NCBI RefSeq assembly: GCF_009914755.1
Contig: NC_060932.1
Source: the human T2T-CHM13v2.0 reference genome, Homo sapiens
Direction: 5' to 3' (one strand)
Length of the DNA stretch: 64,000 bases
Within the stretch, counting starts at the first letter, position 1, and the number at the start of each line of letters is the position of its first letter. Both the position numbers and the translations under genes were made by a program. Below, piece by piece: positions 13,236 through 29,300 of the stretch. The notes beneath the pieces are model-generated. The model did no database searches. It was not told where the DNA came from and saw only the letters and a list, made by a program, of their open reading frames with translations.

Positions 13236-13986
13236 CAAATATTAGCTGCAACTACTGAGCCGCCTTTGTCTTGTGAAATAAGAAAGATGGTGGCCAGTGA
13301 GGGCGGGAAATAAAATGGATCATCCATCGTTGTTCAGTATTTTCCCAGGCTCTAGAAATTTGATAATTTCCCTCATTGCAGAAACCCGGCTTTATCAATG
13401 TTGTAATCTCCAAGTTTTTAGAGAAATCTTTGTCATATATCTTTCTAAATACTCAAGAAAAGACAGAACTAAAGACCAATATCCTTTATAAACATAGATG
13501 CAAAAATATTTACAAAAAGAAATGCAAATCAAATTCGGGCAGCATAGTAAAAGTAACAGACACCATGACCAAGTGAGGTTTATCTCAGGAACGCAGGAGT
13601 GGTTCAACATACAAAAATCAATCAATGTAACATACCACATAAGCAGAATGAAGGGAAGAAGAAAATACATAGTGAATCCAACTGATGCAGAAAAAGCATT
13701 TGACAAAACCCAGCACCCTTTCATGATAAAAAAAATAAAATAAGACCATAAAAAAACTTCCTCAGGATAATAAAGGCCATCTATGAAAAATTCACAGCTA
13801 ACGTCATCCTCAATGGTGAAAGACTGAAAGTTTTTCCAAGAACAAAACAAGGATGCTTCTTTGCCGTATCTACTCAACATGCTACTGGAAGTTCTAGCCA
13901 CAGCAACTAGGCAAGAAAAAGAAATAAAAGGCATTCAACTTGAAAAGGAAGAGGTAAAATTATCTCTATTTGCAGATGGCATTATC

Positions 13987-14143
13987 TTTTTTTTTAGGGA
14001 TGGGGATTCACTCTGTTTCACATGCTAGAGTTCAGTGGCACAATGATAGCCTACTGCAGCCTTGAACTCCTGGCTTAAGCAATCCTTCTGCCTCAGCCTC
14101 CCAAGTAGCTGTGACTACAGGCACATATCACCATGTCCAGCTA
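13987..14143 (-). mobile_element. FRAM or Alu right monomer nested in L1
   Basis: Single monomer with poly(T) on +; TSD GATGGCAT(T/G)ATC. Confidence 0.8.
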
Positions 14144-14260
14144 CGGATGGCATGATCGTATATGTGGAAAAACCCAAATAATACCCCCAAAACTGGTAGA
14201 ACCAATAAACAAATTCAACGAAGTATAAGATACAAAACCAGCACTCAAAAGTTTGTTGTG

Positions 14261-14608
<348 letters not shown>

Positions 14609-15444
14609 CTAGGAAAATGATTTCATTCATTTATGGTAGCATCAAAAAGGATAAAATGTTAGGAATAAATGTAATCAACAATGACACATACACTGAAAAC
14701 TACGAAACACTAGTGACAAAAGTTAAAGACCTAAATAAGAAGAAAGATATCTCATCTGATTGCTTAATGGTTGACAGATTTTCTGTCTCAGGTGATGAAA
14801 ATGTTCTAGAAATAGAGTAATCACAGCAGACTTGCAAATTAGTACTAATCACCCCCTTTACCAGTGATGAACCTGGGTTCAGGGAGGATAGACAACTTCC
14901 CTAAGCACACACCCTAGTAATGACAGCTGGTCTTGGCATCAGATCTGAAGGGCGCCAAAGCCCCTGCTCTTCCCAGCACTAAACCATTAACATACATTAA
15001 ACCATTTACGTACATTACATGCTCATAAGTGCAGTAGCCACTTTAAGGGCTTTATAAATAATAATTCATTTAATCTGAACAGTAGGCATAATTAGCTCCA
15101 TTGTACAGAGTAAGAAACTGAAGAACTTGGGCTTAAGTAATCCTCCCATGACTCCCATATCTAGGAGTCATGGGAAGGATTCAATCCCAAACAATCTAAC
15201 CATAGGTCCATACTCAGTCACTCAGCAACATTGCTTCTCCCAGGATGTTTGCAATCTGGCTGCAGCAACACTTATTTCATAAGTACAGACACAATGAGAG
15301 AAAAAAGCAAAGGATATAGTCAAACACCAAACTATGCGTCATCCAGTTTACAAGAAGGAGAGGACAAGAGCATTGAAAGAGAAGGAAAATTTGCTGCAGA
15401 AGAAACTTTCAGTTAACCCCTGGGACGGAAGAGCATGGCTTTCT

Positions 15445-15732
15445 TTATCCTGTTGATGTGATGAATAACATTAATTGATTTTCAGATGTTGAACCAGCCT
15501 TGCCTACTTGGGACATATCCCACTTGGCTATGATGTATAATTATTTTCATATGTTGCTTGATTTATTTGCTAATATTTTGTTGAGGATCTTGACATCTAT
15601 GTTCATGAGAGTTACTGGTCTGTGGTTTCTTGTAATGTCCTCATTTGGTTTTGGTATTAGGGCCATGCTGGTCTCATAGAATGAGTTAAGAAGTATTCCC
15701 TCTGCTTCTATCTTCTGGAAGAGATTGTGGAA
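15445..15732 (-). mobile_element. Internal L1 ORF2 fragment flanked by 16-bp direct repeats
   Basis: Reverse complement matches the L1 RT region (CATGAACATAGATG...GGCTGGTTCAACAT); flanks are AAGAG(C/A)ATGGCTTTCT. Confidence 0.8.
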
Positions 15733-16789
15733 AAGAGAATGGCTTTCTACCCAGAAATAAATGGAGTGTTCATAACAAAATGTTTACTGAGTGAGGAAGC
15801 CCTGGTATGGAATCCTAGCTTTGCCACTTGGTGGCACAAATGAACATTTCTTATACTCAGTTTCCTCAACCATTAGAAAGGGATGATCTCTACTCTATCA
15901 GGGGGTATGGTAAGGGTTACAGGAAATGATTTCTGCAAATCCTGCAGCACAGGCCCTGGCACAGAGTAGGTGTTCACCAAACGTGAGGTTTCTGGAACCT
16001 CCACACTCCCCAGCCCATCTCAGGTTGCAGCCCCAGCAAGCATGGGGTACCATTATTCCATCTTCTCTCTCTCACCCAGCCCTGAGCTGTTTTCAGGGGT
16101 TAGCTGCCAAGCTGGCAGGATGTAGGCCACACCCCTGTCCCTGGGAGGCAGAGCTCTGCCATTAGTCTCCCAAAAGTCCAGCAATTAATTTAGTGAGCTG
16201 AGTTCCTTCCACAAGCCAGCCCATTGCCATAGTAACCAGCATTCCCATTCAGGGACCCAGAGGAGGAGGGAGGAAGAACACTGAGCAGAAAGCAATTTAG
16301 AGAGAGAAAATGAGATTCGGCAGATTGCTAGGGCAGCCTGGGCAGAGTTCGAGCTCTGTCTGAGTCAGAGGGTCTGGCCTCTGCCCATTGCGGGTGGGGG
16401 CTGGGGGAATGAGGCACTGCTGATGTGTTGCTGGGGTGATGGGCAATGTTCTGGGCAGGAATCTGGTTGGGACATAAGAGCATAGTATGTCTGTGTCCAG
16501 AGCACTGAACTGCGTCCTTCTATCACAGACCCAGCTTGGAACGACTGGCACAGTCCTGCTGAGCTGTCTGTGATGCAAACTGCACTTGCTGGTCAGAGAG
16601 GGGAAGATAGAACCAGGTGGCTCCTGTCTTAAGAGGGCTGCCTTGGAGCCCAACCAAGCTTGCCTACATCCTGGATTCGAAATTCAACTCTGTGGAGCTT
16701 GGAGCAAGTCCTCTTCAGTCAACAAATACAGACTGAGTACTTTCTACATGCCAGACCAGACACTGTCACAGGTGTCTGACTACTCTTGG

Positions 16790-17150
16790 GGCAGCTAGCA
16801 TAATGACTAAGCTTTTCAATCAGCATCCCTGTGTTCAAATTCCAATTATGCTGCTTACTAGCTGTGCAAACTAGGGGAATTCACTTAACCACTCTGGATG
16901 TCAACTCTTTGATGTATGAAGTGGGGATTAAAACACTTATCTCACAGGGTTGTTGGGTTTAATTAAACGAGTTACGATATATAAAAAGCCTAAAATGTAC
17001 CTGGACACAGATGGTGCTTAAGCCACACTACTTTTATTACTTTCCAATCCTTAGTTTCCTCAACTATAAAATGGGAACGATATCCCCTACTTCAGCAAAA
17101 TGTGAAAGAGATTACATGAGACAATGGATGTGATCATTTTTATAAAGTAA
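16790..17150. mobile_element. MIR fragments
   Basis: MIR core-like motifs (GTTCAAATTCC...CTTACTAGCTGTG...CACTTAACC; AGTTTCCTCAACTATAAAATGGG). Confidence 0.6.
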
Positions 17151-17329
17151 AAGATTTCCATTACTGTAAAAATTGGCTATCAAGGGGAGATGTGTTCATC
17201 TGAGCAATTCAGAGAACTGGGTTGATGTTGACTGCATAGGGGTAATGTGTATTTCATTGTTTTAGTCTGTAACTCAATCATGCCCTAAATGCATGGTAGG
17301 CATTTTTCATTACACTTTGTCCAAGGAGC

Positions 17330-18220
17330 TTGCAGCCTAATGGACAGACAAGGAAATAAATGCTTATATTTCCATATGGTCAGTGGACATGGTGTCATGG
17401 GAGCTGAGTGGACAAGCACCTAACCTGGGCTTGGGAGGTCAGGGAAGGCTTCCTGGAGGAGGTGATGCCTGAGCTGAGTCTGGAAAGATGAGTGGGAAGT
17501 AGGCAAAAGGACAAGGGCTGCCTTCACCAGGAATAGCCCACCTCCCATTTATTATTACTCATAGAATGAGCCAAGGAGCACAGTAGTTTGGAGGAAAAGA
17601 TGCAGAAAACAATGAAAATTCAGGCTGGAGCAGAAGGTAGGAATTCATGGGGAGGAAGGCATTCAAGTGTAAGGAAAGAACATTAACAAGAAAGCCTAGA
17701 GACTTGTGCAGTGACCCAGAGAAAAGGTTCAGACATGCTTGGATAGCCCCTGGGGCCAGTGGATGTTTACATGTATGTGAGTGGCATATACCAATGTGAT
17801 TTAGGAAACTCTGTTGACAAGGATGGATTAGAGAGACCAATGAGGAGTTCTAGTGCAACAATTCAAACAGAAATCCCAACAACCTTCCATAACACAGCCA
17901 TGGGCAAAGTGGTCCAGCTGCAGATTCTATGACACTGGTGACTGGCAGGGAGCAGGAGATTGAGGGAGAAGAACATCTGGAAGCAAGCCCAGATTTCCAA
18001 TTTGAGCATCAGGGAGCCAATCAGTGAGGGGACCAGATGAAGAGTGCAGGCTGGAAATACTGAGGTAAATTTGAGGTACCTGTAAAACAGTCAGAAGGAG
18101 AGATCAAAGGCAGATGGGCACTTGAGTCTACAGCTCAGAAAAGAAACTGGAGCTGGAGATATTCCTGGAAAAGTATAGAAGAATAGAAAACAGAGCTTTC
18201 AGTGGTATCAGTGTTTAGGC
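17330..18220. mobile_element. L2 fragments
   Basis: GTCAGGGAAGGCTTCCTGGAGGAGGTGATGCCTGAGCTGAG and similar L2 3'-region motifs. Confidence 0.55.
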
Positions 18221-18414
18221 AAGAGTCAGAGGAGGGAGAGAAGCCCCATATGTCCCATCTCTGACCTTAGTGTCAGCTTCACTTTCAGTTACTACACTTT
18301 GTAATATAAGTGAGCATGCTACAGTACTTCTGTATTTTCAGTTTTCTTCCCCTGATCCAATAGTTTCCTGTGACTTTTATGGTAAAGAGTATTGTATGGT
18401 GTATTTTTACCTTA

Positions 18415-18625
<211 letters not shown>

Positions 18626-18729
18626 ACTGTATTTTTTTGGGGTGGTATCAGCAAGGCCCAGCCAGGAGCTGAACATCTATCCTCACCTAGGCCATCTTAC
18701 TATTCCAAAATGAGGTGACTGTTTACTAA

Positions 18730-20200
18730 ACAATAAAATTAAATAGAATCCAGAGTTTCTCAGAATAATGGCCAGTGTCGAGGATACAACTGAAAGTAAC
18801 TTATTATGCCAAGAACCAGGGCAATTACAGCTTGAATGAGAAAATTCAATCAACTGATTCCAACGCTGGAATAACCCAAATTTTGTCACAAATATTTTTA
18901 AAGCAGAAGTCATAGAAATGCTTCAATAAACCATAACAAACACTCTTGAAACAAATGAAAAAATAGAAACTCTCAGCAAAAAATAGGAGATGTAAAACAG
19001 AAACAAAAAGTAATTTAAGAACTAAAAAAAAATACAATAACAACATTTAGAAAACATAGAGCAGGCCTAAAACTAGACTGGAAATGAGACAACTGACTAA
19101 AAAATCAGCAAACTGAAACAACAGACCAATAGAATTTACCCAATCTGAGCAACAGCAAGAAAACAGACTGGAAAAAAAAGTGAGCAGAGCCTCAGAAATC
19201 TATAAATAATAGCAATATACATAACTTTCATATCACAGCAATCCAGGGAGAGAAGAAAGAGTACGGAGCTCAAAAACTTAAAAGAAATAATGGATGGTAA
19301 ATTCTCAAACTTGCTGAGATCCTAGAAGCTGTAGATCCTATTTATCCCCAAACAGAATAAACCCAAAGAAATTTATGCTTAAATACATCATAATCAAACT
19401 TCTGAAAACCAAATAAAGACAAGTAAATATTGAAAGAATCTAGGAGAAGTGACACATTGTCTATAGTGGAAACACAAATGACAGCCAATTTCTTACTTGA
19501 AACCAAGAAACCAGGGGGAAATGGCACAACATTCTTCAAGCGCTGAAAGAGAACTGTCAACCCACAATCTTATATCCAGCAAACTCAGGGATAAAGAGGA
19601 AGCAAAGATAATCTCATAAGAAGGAAAACTAAGAGTATTTGCCACTCACAGGCTTACCTTTGAAGAATTGCTAAAGGAAGCTTCCTAAACAGAAAAGGAA
19701 ATGAGAGAAAGAGGTGGAGACTTTAACATGGATAAAAATAAGGGCATATATAATAGAGTCTATTTTTCATGAGTTTTTAAAAAAAAATTTGATGACTAAG
19801 CAAAAGTTATAGCATCATCTGATACGGTGTTCAGTGTGTACAGAGGAAATTCTAAATATGTTATTTGTATTTTAAAAGGGGAAGGGTAAAGGGACTTAAA
19901 TGAAAGTAAGGTTTCTACACTAAACTCAAAGTGGTAAAACATCCATACTAGTTGACTCATGCTCTCTATATGCATTGCAGTACCTAGAAGCAACCACTAA
20001 AAAATACTCAATAAAGATATTTTTTCAAAAACATTATAAATAAATAAAAATGGAATTGTAAAAATTGTTCAAGTAATCCACAAGAGGGCACAAAAGGGGA
20101 AACTAAGGAATGAGGAAGTAAATGAATAAAAGGAAAACATAATACATTGGCAGACTTAACCCTTAAAAAGAAGCACACAATATAGAGCAAAGTGCACGAG
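18730..20200 (+). mobile_element. Old L1 (L1M-type) ORF1 / inter-ORF remnant
   Basis: A-rich, ORF1-like segments (CATCATAATCAAACTTCTGAAAACCAA; GAGAACTGTCAACCCACAATCTTATATCCAGC; GAATTGCTAAAGGAAG). Confidence 0.7.
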
Positions 20201-20220
20201 AAAGTTTAAAATTCCATTCA

Positions 20221-20520
<300 letters not shown>

Positions 20521-20797
20521 TCAGGCCCCTAAGTCCCCCAGGTGAGTTACATAGGTAACCTCATTCCATAACCTTGCCAATCACTGTAAGGCAGCCTTAT
20601 CATTCCATTATCTATCTGTTTTATAGATGAGGAAATGGAAGACTCATGAGGCTAAATCATTCATTTTTGAAGGTTACATGGCCAGTGTGTAACAGAGAGA
20701 AGATATGAATCCAGGCCTGGAGAAGGAAGGAGACATTTACTATTTACCTTACTACCCTCCCTGCACTGTGCCAGACCCTTCCACAAATAATAGCTTA

Positions 20798-21109
<312 letters not shown>

Positions 21110-21357
21110 TTAGTGAAATGGGTCCCTAAGAGTGAAGGCCATCCTGAGGCCCCCGAAGACAAGCTTTGTTCCCATTGCCTAGCTAACTGCCCATAGAGCA
21201 TATGTTTAATAAAAACTCAGTGAAGAAATTGATGAATGATTTCCCTTTCACACAAATTCACAGCTTCAACAGATGAGTAAGCTGATTTTGAATAAGAAAA
21301 TTCTCCTTCATTCTGAAAAACAATAACAGAAAAAAAAAAACGGCTGAACTAGAGATC

Positions 21358-21710
21358 ATGTCTTTTTTGGGCTGCTGCAACAAATTGCCATGGACTGGGT
21401 GGCTTTTAAACAACAGAAATGTATTTCCCACAGTTCTGGAGGCTGGGAAGCACAAGATCAAGGCACCCACAGATTGGGTGTCTGGCAAGTGCTTCCTTTC
21501 TGATTCATAGAGGGCTCTCTTCTCATGGTGTCCTCAGATGGCAGATGGGGCGAGAGATCTCTCAGGCCTCTTTCATAAGAACACTAATCCCATCCATTAG
21601 GACTCTGTGCTCATAACCTAAGCCCTCCAAAAGGCCCCACCTCCACATGCCATTACATTAGGAATTAGATTTCAATATATGAATTTCAGAGGGACATATT
21701 CAGTCTACAG
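21358..21710 (-). mobile_element. MLT1 (MaLR) LTR
   Basis: GGCTGCTGCAACAAA...CACAGTTCTGGAGGCTGGGAAG..CAAGATCAAGG...GACATATTCAGTCTACAGCA. Confidence 0.75.
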
Positions 21711-23056
21711 CAGATAGGAATCAAGTTAAAGAACAGAACTGCAGCCTCTGCTTCATCTGGGTGTACGTAATAAAACAGATCCCCAGAAAGACAAAGCTCC
21801 TTGCACCATCCCAGTATTGTGAATTTCTGCCTTCTCCAGAAATGGAAACACCCTGGCAGCCCTTTGGTTATCTTAGCAAACATGAAAATGAAATATTCAA
21901 GAAGGAAAGTGATATATCACAAATTTCCATCCTTCATACCCTCCGCCACCACTCCCCAAAAAATAGCTAGCTCAGGATGGATTGCATCCTGATAATCTTG
22001 CCTTAAATGCCCATAAGTCTCTTACCATAGTTTATGGGACTGGGATGAGCATTCCTCAGACACTTGCTACTTCACCTCTCATACCCTACATCCAACCCAC
22101 AATCTTCTATCCAGCAAAAATATCCCTCAAGGATAAAGGGAAAGCAAAGACTAACTTAGCGAAATAGGTCCCCAAGAGTAAAAGCTACCCTGAGGCCCCT
22201 GAAGACAAGCTTTGTTCCCATTGCCTAGCTAACTGCCCATATAGAACATACGTTCTGTAGCCCTATCAGATCTCCCACCCCAGCACACTGCAGGTCTGCC
22301 AATACCTCCCCTTCTCCACTCCTGCTGGTGGAGACCAAGCCTCCTTTCTCTCTTGCCTGGAGCACAGCAACAACATCTGAACTGGTCTCCTTCCTTGCTC
22401 TCTTGTTTCCCTCTACACTAAATTCCCTATGAGGAAGCAGCATCATCTTTAAGAAAACAAAAATACAAAAAAACCTGATACGTTGTCACAGATTATTTCT
22501 ATTTTTTCTTACTGCTTTCTTCACCCGGCTCTAGGTACAGCTTCAGCCACATGCTGCAGATGCAAGGATGAATTAGAAATGTGACTTGCTCACATCAATC
22601 CCATATGTTACTCCTTATTCTAACACCACTCCTGCTGCTTTCTCTCTTCTTCTTCCTCTTCCCCCTCTTTATTCTCCCCTTTCTCCTTTTTCTACCCTCC
22701 CTGTTTTTATCCTTCATTTATTTTTGTCCATTGTATTGTCCAATCACAATGTAAGTCCTACAAGTGCCCAAACCATGCCCTGCCACCTTTCACCATGCCA
22801 GACATGAATACAGAGAGTATATTCACTCAGGGCCACTTTACGGATAAAAAAGGTTGAGAAAATCCTGGGACCTTTAAAGGGGGACATGATGCAGAAAATA
22901 AGAAGATCTGGTTTAGCCAAGAAAATCCAGGGATGGTGAGACACAATACCCTCAAGGGTTCAGTCAGTGCTGACTGGTTAATAGATTCTCGTGTTATTAT
23001 GCTGCTTCATATTTTGAACTTGCGTGCATTAATACGTCTTTGCTATTGGGTCATAA

Positions 23057-23392
<336 letters not shown>

Positions 23393-24751
23393 TGACACTT
23401 ACCATTGGCACAAAGTTGTTGCTCAATAAATATTTGTTAAATGAGTAAATAAATAAAAATGGCAGCTGATCCAGTAGACTGCAGGGTACCAGATATGGCG
23501 AAGGTATGATGATGCAGATGATATAAATAGCAACCAGGACTGTACTGGCTGTTTCTCCTGCATTGCTTTATTTCTTCAGAAGGGGCTAGCAAAACATTTA
23601 TTACAGCTGAGTAACCTCATGTTCTGGGCAGTGAAAAAACGTGCCAAAGACTATACCGCCCAGAAGGGGTAGAATAGGGATTTAGTCCCAGGCCATTATG
23701 ATCCTAGATTCTGTGCTCTTTTCATTTAACCAGGAAGGCTTGGTTTGTCACTCTATAGAATGGCAGTGCTTGATCAGGTGCCTTGCAGGTGGGGAGATAA
23801 AAAAGAGCTCTGGCCATCAGGAGTGTTTGGTCCTTCTAAAGAGCAATAGCATCTATCCGGTCTTTGCCTCCTGTCCACTCAGACATCCCAGTGATTTCAA
23901 TGGAATTGGCTTCAGCCCTACACTGCCAAATTGCAGAAGGATTCAGATGACTGGAGGAGGAGACAGAAAAAGTGAGACCTGTTTTCCGAACCTCCTTCTT
24001 TATGCTATGGAATTCAAAAATATTATCAGTTATATTTTTTGTTTTTATCACTTCCTTAAGAAGAGGCTGCATGCCATTTCTGTTTCTCTCCCAGTTGCTA
24101 GAAACTGTAAATGAAACTCAAGCCATATCTGTGTATTCTTGAGACAATGAAGATGTCTTAAACCTGGGCTCCAAGTGACTTGAATGGCCACTTTCATTCT
24201 AAAGCCATCGCCCACTCTTTCACTATGCTTTGTGGTCTTTAGAGTCATTGATCAATTACTTCAACAAGGATTTACTGAGTCCCAGACTGTGTGCCAGGCG
24301 TTGTCTTAATCACCGGGTGTAGCAGTGTTCCTGCCTCCATCCAGCTTACTTTCTAGAGAGAGAAGGGAGAAAGTAAACAAAGTAACAAATAAATAAAGAA
24401 GATGGTTTTAGAGAGTAATAGTTGATTTGAACACAAAAAAAGCAGGGTCATGTGATAGAAGGTGACTTGGGTAGGACATTTTTTACACTCTGTAAAAGGA
24501 AAGACTCCTCGATATATCATTGATGAGATTTTGTTGTTTTATAGTATTCTTTGGCTACTCATCTGTCCAGCATCTTATTAGCTATAACACTGTAATCATT
24601 GTTTGGAAATATTTCCTGTGGAAAGAATAAAAGCATTTACTTCACAGCTAGCATGTTCACAGATTTGAAAGAAGTTTCATTAAAAGCACCACTGCTTTCA
24701 AAAAAAAAAAAAAAGCAAAGACTCCTCTTAGTTGGGGGACACTTGAACTGA

Positions 24752-25200
<449 letters not shown>

Positions 25201-25948
25201 TTTACTGGGACTTCCTACACATCCTCACAAGACCCAAAACGACATAAATATGATCGTTAAGACTCATGGACAAACCCTGCTGCACCCCTCATTGCCTTTG
25301 GATAAAGTCCGAGTGCTTATTGCAGACCTTCATGGGCTGGCTTGCACCTACCTCTCCGGTGTCGCCTGACTGCATGTCTGCTTGGACCTATGTGAATGAA
25401 GGAGAAGACAATGGGAAGAGGGGCTGTGCTGGGGAAGGCGGGGCTACCTGCACTCCCCTGCTCCCCGAGACATGGTAAGCGAGCTCCCCATGAGTCAAAT
25501 GGACACCACAGGAGGAGGTGAGGCTTGAGTTACCGGGCTGGTGCCCAGCAGAGATAACTGCACAAATAGGAGACTCCAGCTGTAAGACGCTGTGAAGGAT
25601 GCTGCAGGCACAGGGGAGGAAGAGGCATGGGGGAGTTCCCACCAGATGAGACCTCCCAAGTTGGGAGAGGTGAGGCGCTCCATGAGAGAGGCACCACGTG
25701 GATGCCCGAAACACAATGAAGCTTTCGTGGCAAAGGTGGCCAGAGGAGCTGCTACCACAACCATCAAAGCAGAGGCCACTGCCCCTCTCCTTTCCCTTTA
25801 TCCTTACCTCAACCCTCCAGAAAAAGAGAGAGGAACAGAGAAAAGGCCCCAGCCAGGTCCCTCAGGACAACGGCTTCGCATTGGCTCTGATGGGAGGGCA
25901 GAGAACTTCACTGTGATGTAGGCCTGCGCTTTTATACTAGAACTGACA

Positions 25949-26347
<399 letters not shown>

Positions 26348-29300
26348 TTATGCCTGAGAGCGGACAGGAAGTTGTGGGATGGGGTCAAGGCTTGTGAAGG
26401 CACAGGACAGGAGGCTTTCACCAAACGCGGTTGGTCTCAGGGATTATGGAAACATGAAACGTTTTCATGGTCGTCCACCCCTGGTTGTTCAAGGGTGGTT
26501 ACTTTAGCCCTAATACCACTAATCACCCATGGATCAGACTGGCGGGGCTAACACGTGAATAAGAAAAATGCTCCCTCCCTATCGCGAATTGTCTCAAGGT
26601 CTGTAGCCACCCTCATATGAACGGATTTATCCAGGAATTAACTTATGAATTATTGAGCATCAACCCTACAGCAAATATGGAGCAGGGACATGTGTCTACT
26701 CAGTCACATGGGATCCCCACCATAGCCTGATGTGCTGAGTCAGTGTCCCTTTCACAGACTGAAACCCTGAAGCCAGGACATTGTTCCAGGTCATGTGGCT
26801 ATTAAATGAAAGAGGCTGGATTCACATTCTGGGCCACCCAACCCCAGGATCACCAACGGCTTCCTGAAGGAAACAGAAATAACCATGGAAAGGGACAGTT
26901 CAGGACAGACTGGGGGGCCTTCAATGTTGTGGTTTGAGTTTTATGCTTGGGGTAACATGTAGCAAACATGCTCATACATTTTAAATCATATGTTGCATCC
27001 CATAAAGGTCTAATGGGCTTTAAGTGGAGTTGGAGAGAAAAGCGGGCACCTCAACCTGTTGTGCAGAACAGAAACAGCATCTGGAGGTAGGCCCCCAGAT
27101 GGCTTTCACCTGGCGCCCTGCTTGGCTCCTGACACCAGTGATTGTTTTCTACCTGGGCCCACAATTGCTTTTGTCTTCTAAGCCTCCCTCCTTCAGAGAG
27201 CAGAGCCAGTCTTTTGCTTTCAGTAAAAACCTCTCTCCTACTATCAGTTGATGGGGTACATGGAAGAATACCCTGCTTTTTCAGCTAGGAGGTGGCAGGG
27301 GACCAGAATGAGCTGGCTTGGGCCCCACATCCCCCTGGATGCTGGAATTTGACAAGAGCCAAGCATCCCCAGGCCCTCTGCTAGGGTTTCTGGGTAAAGA
27401 GGCGCACGTCTGCTGGAGCTGCTGAGTTTGGGGGGCGCTGACGGCCATGTGCCAGTGTGTGGGGGATCCTGATGCACACTGGATCCCGAGAACAAGATAA
27501 GATGCTTCCCTGGAGCCCCTGCACCCAGATTTGTCAAAAGTCCAGAGGTACCCAGAGCTACTGTGTTGCACGAGAGAAATATTTCCCTATCCCCGCTTTT
27601 TAAGCTTAAGCTAATTTGAGCTGGAGTTCTTCCACTTCAAAACCACAGAGAAGCACTTGTTGCTCTTAGCAGGGCCCAGCAGACACCGCCACCTCATTGC
27701 AGAGCTCACACGGGGAGTCCCTGCTTCTTAAACTGCTTTCTGGGCTCTATATCTTGTTTCCTCTTCCTCTCCTTTCATCTTTGATTGACAACTCAGTTTA
27801 GATATGCTTTTCCAGAATTACCCCATTCAACTTCCCTCTCCAACGGCCAACTTCCAAAAGCCATCCAGAGACACCCCACACACACACCCTTACCACCCGC
27901 CACCCCCTGCTGGCCCAACCCCTGCGGCCTCCCTGGGTCTATAGGGTTGAAGAGGCAGCACAGATGGGAGGATGCACACAAGAGGACAGGACAGCCCTTC
28001 TCAGTCTCCCCTCAGCCTGCCTCACCCATCAGTACAAGCAAACCTTAACCACTCTTTATTGTTTTATTCATTTCTTCAAACGTGGTAGAGCTGTAATAAC
28101 CCCATTTTTATTTCTTTCTCATTTTCAGTATTGAATTCTTCCCAATTTTTTTTCTCTCCCCCCACCAGTCCCCCACTTAGTACACTGTCTCAGTTCATTT
28201 CACAAGAAATTGTCTCAGATTACAGAGTCTTGAGGACACAGAAAGATATTTCTGTTTAATTTATTTTGAGCAGCGTCTGGTCTGGTGAAGCAATATGTAT
28301 AAATAGTGCTCCAGCATCCACACTGATTTTGGAGGTGCCATCCCAGCAGGCTCCCCTTTTTCTGGGAGAGAATAATGAGAAGCCACATGCAGCGCCTCCC
28401 CTTTGAGATGTGAGACAGCACAGCGGGAGGGCCATGGACCATGAGGCCCCACAGACTTGAGCCTGGCTTCTGTCTCCACCACTCTCCAGCCATGTGGCCT
28501 CAGCTAGTATCTCTCTAAGCCTCGGTTGCCTCATCTGTAAAAAGGGAGTACTAATCTACTTCATCAGTTGCTGAGTCCCCAGTCATAGCAGCATTAAAAA
28601 TACATATCAACAGATAGATGGATGGATAGACAGCTAGATTAGATACATGACAAACTCTAAGCTCTTGATAAAAGAAAGCTGTCATTACCAAAGAATCTTT
28701 TTCAGTGCTTCCTTCACACTCACAACACTTTTTGCACCACCATATAAATTCCACTCAGAAAACTATCAGAGGGAGTGATCTACCCCAACACCCTCCATTA
28801 GCCCATGCTCGAATTCCCTCTAGATACCCCTTATACACTCATTTAAACTTGGATATCTCCAGGGACCAGAAACTCACTACTTTGCAAGACGGTAAGTGCA
28901 TCTCAGAATTCTAAAGTGTTGGAACTTCCGAGATGCTGGCTGTCTTAGCTGAAGGAAAGGCCAGTGGCTGAGCTCAGACTGGGCCCTAGGTCCCCTTTCC
29001 CAGTTTAGAGCTCTGTTTCATACCGGGAAACCTCAGGCAACCAGGCTGTTTAGAGCTCCTACCTTAAGAGACCCTGCAGTCCCTAAGCCAAGCTCCCATT
29101 TCTGCCCCTGGGGGACACACTCCACACAACCTCTGAGGAGTTTCCATTCTGAGAGTGAGGCCCCTCCCTCTGTGCCAGATTATAAATTCCCCTTTACTGT
29201 ACTCTGTGAACTTGCAAAGGACCTCATTCACCCTAAACATCCACGTTATCGGACAAGACAGTTTCGTTCATGTTCTATCCCAGCTTAAAGCCTCCTCTTG

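Noticed and set aside
13498-13743. RT-like ORF as a possible novel reverse-transcriptase system
   Set aside because: A decayed, frameshifted L1 ORF2 fragment interrupted by SINEs.
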